32,000 nucleotides of DNA, from NCBI RefSeq assembly GCF_000619845.1, contig NZ_JHUX01000003.1, positions 1,390,064 to 1,422,063 of the forward strand. The letters are read 5' to 3'. This document shows positions 27,264 to 32,000 of the stretch, piece after piece. Both the position numbers and the translations under genes were made by a program. Each line of letters opens with the position of its first letter. Position 1 is the first letter of the stretch. The stretch comes from Alkanindiges illinoisensis DSM 15370. Lineage in GTDB: Bacteria; Pseudomonadota; Gammaproteobacteria; Pseudomonadales; Moraxellaceae. Under the pieces are notes generated by a model. The model saw nothing but the letters and a program-made list of their open reading frames with translations. It ran no database searches and had not been told where the DNA came from.

Positions 27264-28559
27264 ATGCTGCATTTTTTTCACACGTCTGACTGGCATCTGG
27301 GACAGTTTTTTTATAATCATTCCCGGCATTATGAGCACGACTGTTTTTTAAACTGGCTGCTGGAACAACTGCGTGAGCACCAGCCAGATGCCCTGCTGAT
27401 TGCCGGTGATATTTTTGATGTGGTTAATCCTTCAACCGCTGCACTAAAGCAACTGAACCAGTTTATTGCACAGGCGCAGGCACAGGTGAGCCATTTGCAA
27501 ATCCTGATGATCGCAGGCAATCATGACTCAGGTCATCGGCTGGAACAGGTTGAACCCCTGCTGACCAAATACAATACGCATGTGGTGGGCCTGATTGAAT
27601 GGCTGGACGACAATACGCTTAATTTTGATAAGCTGTTGCGTCCCATCCATAATGCACAAGGTGATATTTGCGCCTGGTGTATTGCCCTGCCTTATTTACG
27701 TCCGGCTGAAATTACAGGCAACGGGCAGGATTACCAGCAAACGGCACAGGCCACCGAAGCCCTGTATCAGCAACTCATTGAAGAAGCACGCCGCCGCAAG
27801 ACCAAAGATCAGTCGCTGGTGCTAATGACCCATGCCCACATGCAAGGCGGCACTAGCTCGGATTCGGAACGGCCAATTTTGGTAGGCAATGCCGAAGCAC
27901 TCTCAACCAAACTATTCCATGATGACATCCAATATGTTGCGCTGGGTCATTTGCATCGGCCACAACGCATTGAACACGAACATATCCGCTACAGTGGCTC
28001 ACCGATTCCGCTGTCGTTTAGTGAAGTGAATTACAAGCATCAGATTGTCAAAGTGCAGCTTAAGCCAGACAGCCCAGCTACTATCCAGCCCTTACTCGTA
28101 CCACGCCGTGTGCCCTTATTTAAAATCAAGGGCACGTTGGATGAAGTGTTGCAAAAAACCAGAGATCTGGAAGCCCGTAATCCCCTGCCACTGGCGCAAC
28201 AGGCGTTTGTTGATATTGAATATTATAGTGACACACCGCCACCACCGGATTTTAGGCAGCAAGTTGAAGCCGCCTTGCCACAGGATAATTACCGTCTGGT
28301 GCGCCTTAGCCGGATGGCCAAACCACTGACGCAGCAAATTGCATCGGATACCGATGACATGGCAACGCCAATAGCGCCGCCTACGCCAGCAGAACTATTC
28401 CAGCAACTCTGGCAAAAGCTGGGTTTTGTCGAAGACCCACAAGTGCTTAAGGATTTTCAACAATTATCCATGCAGGCTGAACAGCAGGATGATCAGGAAA
28501 CTGCCCAGCCTGTAAAACCCCAGCCAAGCACGGCTACTGCACCGCCAGACGCTGTATGA
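27264..28559 (+). CDS. sbcD: exonuclease SbcCD, nuclease subunit SbcD (Mre11-like)
   Basis: Calcineurin-like phosphoesterase motifs are present: HTSDWHLG, AGDIFD, GNHD, and GHLH later in the protein. It lies immediately upstream of sbcC. Confidence 0.93.
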   Translation: MLHFFHTSDWHLGQFFYNHSRHYEHDCFLNWLLEQLREHQPDALLIAGDIFDVVNPSTAALKQLNQFIAQAQAQVSHLQILMIAGNHDSGHRLEQVEPLLTKYNTHVVGLIEWLDDNTLNFDKLLRPIHNAQGDICAWCIALPYLRPAEITGNGQDYQQTAQATEALYQQLIEEARRRKTKDQSLVLMTHAHMQGGTSSDSERPILVGNAEALSTKLFHDDIQYVALGHLHRPQRIEHEHIRYSGSPIPLSFSEVNYKHQIVKVQLKPDSPATIQPLLVPRRVPLFKIKGTLDEVLQKTRDLEARNPLPLAQQAFVDIEYYSDTPPPPDFRQQVEAALPQDNYRLVRLSRMAKPLTQQIASDTDDMATPIAPPTPAELFQQLWQKLGFVEDPQVLKDFQQLSMQAEQQDDQETAQPVKPQPSTATAPPDAV

Positions 28560-28569
28560 CACAATACCT

Positions 28570-31500
28570 ATGAAAATTTTAAGTTTGCGGCTGGCTAATC
28601 TGGCGTCAATTGCTGGCGACCACGTGATTAATTTTGAGCAGGAACCGTTAAAAAATGCCGGGCTGATTGCCATTACCGGCATTACAGGTGCTGGTAAAAC
28701 CACCCTGCTGGATGCCATTTGCCTTGCCCTGTTTGACCAGATTCCACGTTTGCAACACGCTGAAAGCCAGAAAAAAATTACTGATGTGAGTGGTGAGGAA
28801 CTGCTCATTAATTCCAGCAAGAATATTTTACGGCGGGGTTGCGTACAGGGCTTTGCCGAAGTCGAGTTTATTGCACAGGATGGCAAACATTATCTGGCAC
28901 GCTGGGAAGTTAAGCGGGCGCGCCTAAAAGCCAGTGGAAAATTGCAGGATGTGCAGCGTGCCCTGCGCTGTATAACCGATGGTCAACTCATTTCTGAACG
29001 CACCAAGGAATGCAACGACAAAATTACCCAGTTGCTGGGTTTAACCTTTAATCAGTTTACCCGGGCAGTGCTGCTGGCCCAGTCGGAAGTGACCGCATTT
29101 TTAAAGGCCAAAGACAACGAGCGCGCCGACCTGCTGGAGTATCTCACCAATTCGGATATTTATTCACGCATCGGTATAGCGTCGTTTGCTGCCACCAAGC
29201 ATGCCCGTGAGAAAGTAGAAAGCATTGAGAAAAAAATAGGCGATCAACTGCCCTTAAGTGATGCAGAACGCCAAGTTTTGAATGAACAACTGCATACTGC
29301 CCAGCAGCAATTTAATGAACAGCAGCAACAAAAACAGCAGCTTGAAAAACAACTGGAATGGTATAGCCAGCAGCAGCAATTACAACAGCAAATTACCCAA
29401 CAGCAAGAAGTCCTAAGCACTGCCCAGCAACAACTTGATGCCTTTCAACCGCAAATGGTGTTTTTGCAACAACTGGAACAATTTGAACCTGTACGCGCCA
29501 GCTTTTTGCAGGCACAGCAACTTGAACAGCAACAGGTAGAATTATTAGCAACCCGGCAACTGGCTGAGCAACAGGCGATTGTACTCGCGCAGCAACTCAG
29601 CCAGCAACAGCAGCATTATCAACAACAACTGGATGCCCTGAATAGTCTGCAACAACAGCAGCAAATCCTGAAACCGCAACTGCAAACTGCCCAGCACTGT
29701 GAACACCAACTGGCCAGCCTGAATGTTCATATCGGTCAGCAGCAGGATAAACTGGAACAGTTAAGCGCAAAACTTGCACCACAACTGGCTGAACAAAGCA
29801 GCCTGGAACAACAGCAAACGCGCTTGCAAACCCAAAAATTACAGCAACAGACTGTTCTGGAACAAACGCAGGAATTCGCCTGCTTTGATGCCGAGCCACA
29901 AGCGGCAATTCTAACCATTCAAAAAGCAGCACGGTTACGTGAAGAATTAACACGCCAGCAGCCCAATATTTTTCAACAGGATACGGCCAGCCAGCAGCGA
30001 CAGCTTGAGCAACTCAGCCAGCAGTTAAGCAACCTGATTACCCGGCATGGCAACCTTGAGCAATTTGAACAGCAGTTGCACGAAACCCAGCAACAACTGG
30101 AAAAGCAGCATAAGCATCAGGCCGCTTGCGAGCGCATTAGCGACCAGCTTAAATCCTGGCTCAAGGTAGAACAGCAAATTCTGGCCATGCAGCAGCAACA
30201 GACCAGCGAACAGCAACAGCTTGGCACCCTGCAAGCCGAAGCCCAGCACACCAGCCAAAAAACGCAAAATGCCGAGTTACAGCTTAAAACCACCCAGCAA
30301 TTGCTGAATGAGCAACGCCTGTTTACGGCGCAAAGTGTTAAGGAATTGCGGCAGCAACTAACGCCAGAACATCCCTGCATGGTTTGTGGCAGCACCGAGC
30401 ATCCCTTTTATGATCCGCAAAACCTGCTCAATGCCCTTAACCAGCAACTGGATGCCCAGCAGCAACAGGCAGAGTTGGACCTACAGCAGGCACGCCAGCA
30501 AGAAACTCAACTCCAACAACAGATTACCCGCCTGCAAACCAGCCTTGACCAGCTTGGCAACCGTCAAAAGCATGCCACTGATGATCGGCAAAGCATTCTA
30601 GATGAAATCTGCAAGATCAGCAGCAAGTTCTATCAAAAGCTGGAACAGCAACCAGAACTCACTTTTGCCCAGCAGTTACTAAAAGACATACAGGATAAAC
30701 TCGACAGCAGCCGAACCGCGCTTGAGCAACAATGCCAGCAGCAGCAAGCCCAGCTTAAAACCTGGCAGCAACTGGAAAAACAGCAGGAACAAAGCCAGAA
30801 GCTGCTGGAAAAACAGCAGGAACTGGTAGCGCTGGAACAACAAACAGTTGAAGCTTTAACTCCGTCTTTAGTGCAAGCATGGCACCATCAGTGTATCGAG
30901 GCATCAAGCCAGTTTGTACAAAGCATTCAGTTACGCTGCAAAGCCCAGGAACAACTCAGGCAACTGGAAAAACAGGCGCAGCAACAGCAGCACCAATTGT
31001 TGCAGCTACAATCTGCCATTTATCATGCACAGGCACAACACACTGAATTACAGCAACAACTGAAACAGCAGCAAGCCAGTCAACAGCAAATCCAGCAGCA
31101 ACTCGATGCTGTGTTTACGCAATACGCAGCGCCTTTTACAGTGCGCTCCAGCGAAGACTGGTTACAACAGCTACAGCAGCAACAGCAAAATCAGCAACAG
31201 CAATTGAATCAGGCTGACCAGCTTAAACAACAGACAGAAAAACAGCACATCAAAGTGCAGCAGCAACTGGAACACCTACAGCAGGATTTGCAAAAAAACC
31301 AGCTTGCCCTACAGCAAGTACAACAGAAAATTGTGCAGTGGCAACAGCAACATGCGGAATTACAGCCCGCAATGATTGAAAAATTGCTGCACTGTGATTA
31401 CTTGCATAAACAGCAGCTTCAGGATCAATGCCAGCACCTGCAACAACAGCGACAACAGGCTGAAAACACGCTCAGTGTTTATCAACAGCAACAGCAGCAG

Positions 31501-32000
31501 CACTCAACCAGTCACCCACCGCTGAATCTGCAAGACTTGCAAGTCCGTATGCTGGACATTATTCAGACCTTGCAACAACTGGATGAACAATACACCGCCC
31601 TAAAACTTAAAAAAATGCAGGATGAGCAACAGCAGCAGCAAGCCGTGCAATATCAGGCCGAACTCAACAGGGCCAGAGCCGAGTATCACCGCTGGGACAA
31701 GATTTCAAGCCTGATTGGCGATGCCAAAGGTGCAACCTTTAAAAAACTGGCACAACAGTTTCACCTGCAAATGCTGGTTGAGCTGGCCAACCAGCAGCTT
31801 GTCGCCTTAACGCCGCGTTATTCGCTGCGCTGTATTGAAGATTCGCTGGGCCTGACCATTGTTGATCATTATATGAATGATGAAGTTCGCCCTGTGCTCT
31901 CGCTATCCGGTGGCGAAAGCTTTCTGGTGTCACTGGCGCTGGCATTGGGCATTGCCAATATGGCGTCCGGCAATACCAAACTGGAATCGCTGTTTATTGA
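28570..32000 (+). CDS. sbcC: exonuclease SbcCD, ATPase subunit SbcC (Rad50-like), 3' end beyond the window
   Basis: It is absent from the ORF track because there is no in-window stop. The ATG lies 10 nt after the sbcD stop. I translated the frame by eye to nt 31998 without meeting a stop. Walker A GITGAGKTTLLDAI lies near 28680, the zinc-hook CMVC at 30376-30387, and the ABC signature LSGGE at 31903-31917. Confidence 0.93.
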   Translation, partial: MKILSLRLANLASIAGDHVINFEQEPLKNAGLIAITGITGAGKTTLLDAICLALFDQIPRLQHAESQKKITDVSGEELLINSSKNILRRGCVQGFAEVEFIAQDGKHYLARWEVKRARLKASGKLQDVQRALRCITDGQLISERTKECNDKITQLLGLTFNQFTRAVLLAQSEVTAFLKAKDNERADLLEYLTNSDIYSRIGIASFAATKHAREKVESIEKKIGDQLPLSDAERQVLNEQLHTAQQQFNEQQQQKQQLEKQLEWYSQQQQLQQQITQQQEVLSTAQQQLDAFQPQMVFLQQLEQFEPVRASFLQAQQLEQQQVELLATRQLAEQQAIVLAQQLSQQQQHYQQQLDALNSLQQQQQILKPQLQTAQHCEHQLASLNVHIGQQQDKLEQLSAKLAPQLAEQSSLEQQQTRLQTQKLQQQTVLEQTQEFACFDAEPQAAILTIQKAARLREELTRQQPNIFQQDTASQQRQLEQLSQQLSNLITRHGNLEQFEQQLHETQQQLEKQHKHQAACERISDQLKSWLKVEQQILAMQQQQTSEQQQLGTLQAEAQHTSQKTQNAELQLKTTQQLLNEQRLFTAQSVKELRQQLTPEHPCMVCGSTEHPFYDPQNLLNALNQQLDAQQQQAELDLQQARQQETQLQQQITRLQTSLDQLGNRQKHATDDRQSILDEICKISSKFYQKLEQQPELTFAQQLLKDIQDKLDSSRTALEQQCQQQQAQLKTWQQLEKQQEQSQKLLEKQQELVALEQQTVEALTPSLVQAWHHQCIEASSQFVQSIQLRCKAQEQLRQLEKQAQQQQHQLLQLQSAIYHAQAQHTELQQQLKQQQASQQQIQQQLDAVFTQYAAPFTVRSSEDWLQQLQQQQQNQQQQLNQADQLKQQTEKQHIKVQQQLEHLQQDLQKNQLALQQVQQKIVQWQQQHAELQPAMIEKLLHCDYLHKQQLQDQCQHLQQQRQQAENTLSVYQQQQQQHSTSHPPLNLQDLQVRMLDIIQTLQQLDEQYTALKLKKMQDEQQQQQAVQYQAELNRARAEYHRWDKISSLIGDAKGATFKKLAQQFHLQMLVELANQQLVALTPRYSLRCIEDSLGLTIVDHYMNDEVRPVLSLSGGESFLVSLALALGIANMASGNTKLESLFI

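Noticed and set aside
28464-28886. A 140-aa minus-strand ORF spanning the sbcD/sbcC junction
   Set aside because: It is antisense to the SbcD C-terminus and the SbcC Walker A region, both of which carry clear motifs, so it is a shadow ORF.
29545-30601. A cluster of minus-strand ORFs (Leu/Cys/Val-rich) and one off-frame plus-strand ORF listed in the track
   Set aside because: All fall inside the uninterrupted sbcC reading frame. They are the CTG/TTG-rich complement or shifted frames of the CAG/CAA-rich coiled-coil region.
29280-31650. The CAG/CAA-rich tract considered as a microsatellite, tandem repeat array or CRISPR-like structure
   Set aside because: There is no constant repeat period and no repeat-spacer organisation. 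The tract is in-frame coding sequence for the SbcC coiled coil.

Overview
This window reads as ordinary core chromosome of a gammaproteobacterium. The gene content and the strongly Gln-rich proteins suggest Moraxellaceae or something Acinetobacter-like, but that is inference and nothing was searched. I support about 30 protein-coding genes. Recognisable conserved blocks are nudC; rsmI divergent from lpoA-yraN-dolP; rlmE-ftsH-folP; yhbY; hemB-thiO; dsbD; and sbcD-sbcC. sbcC (28570 to the window end) is missing from the supplied ORF track because it has no stop codon inside the window. I translated it by eye and the frame stays open. I saw no rRNA, tRNA, CRISPR array, IS element, integrase or phage genes, and no convincing new multi-gene system such as a defence island. 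The most unusual items are small-scale. (1) A membrane-anchored BLUF-like protein appears to lack the photoactive Tyr and Gln (18309-18896). (2) An unlisted 56-aa zinc-ribbon plus transmembrane ORF with a strong SD sits next to it (19223-19393). (3) An orphan rho-independent terminator in a 650-bp AT-rich intergenic region is a candidate sRNA or long leader (24940-24988). (4) A Tyr/Phe-rich mini-ORF is followed by mutually exclusive hairpins (17603-17746). (5) The lpoA and rsmI start codons lie only 15 nt apart, head to head. (6) DsbD carries a low-complexity linker of about 110 aa. All functional calls rest on motifs read by eye and on remembered family signatures, and none has been checked against a database.
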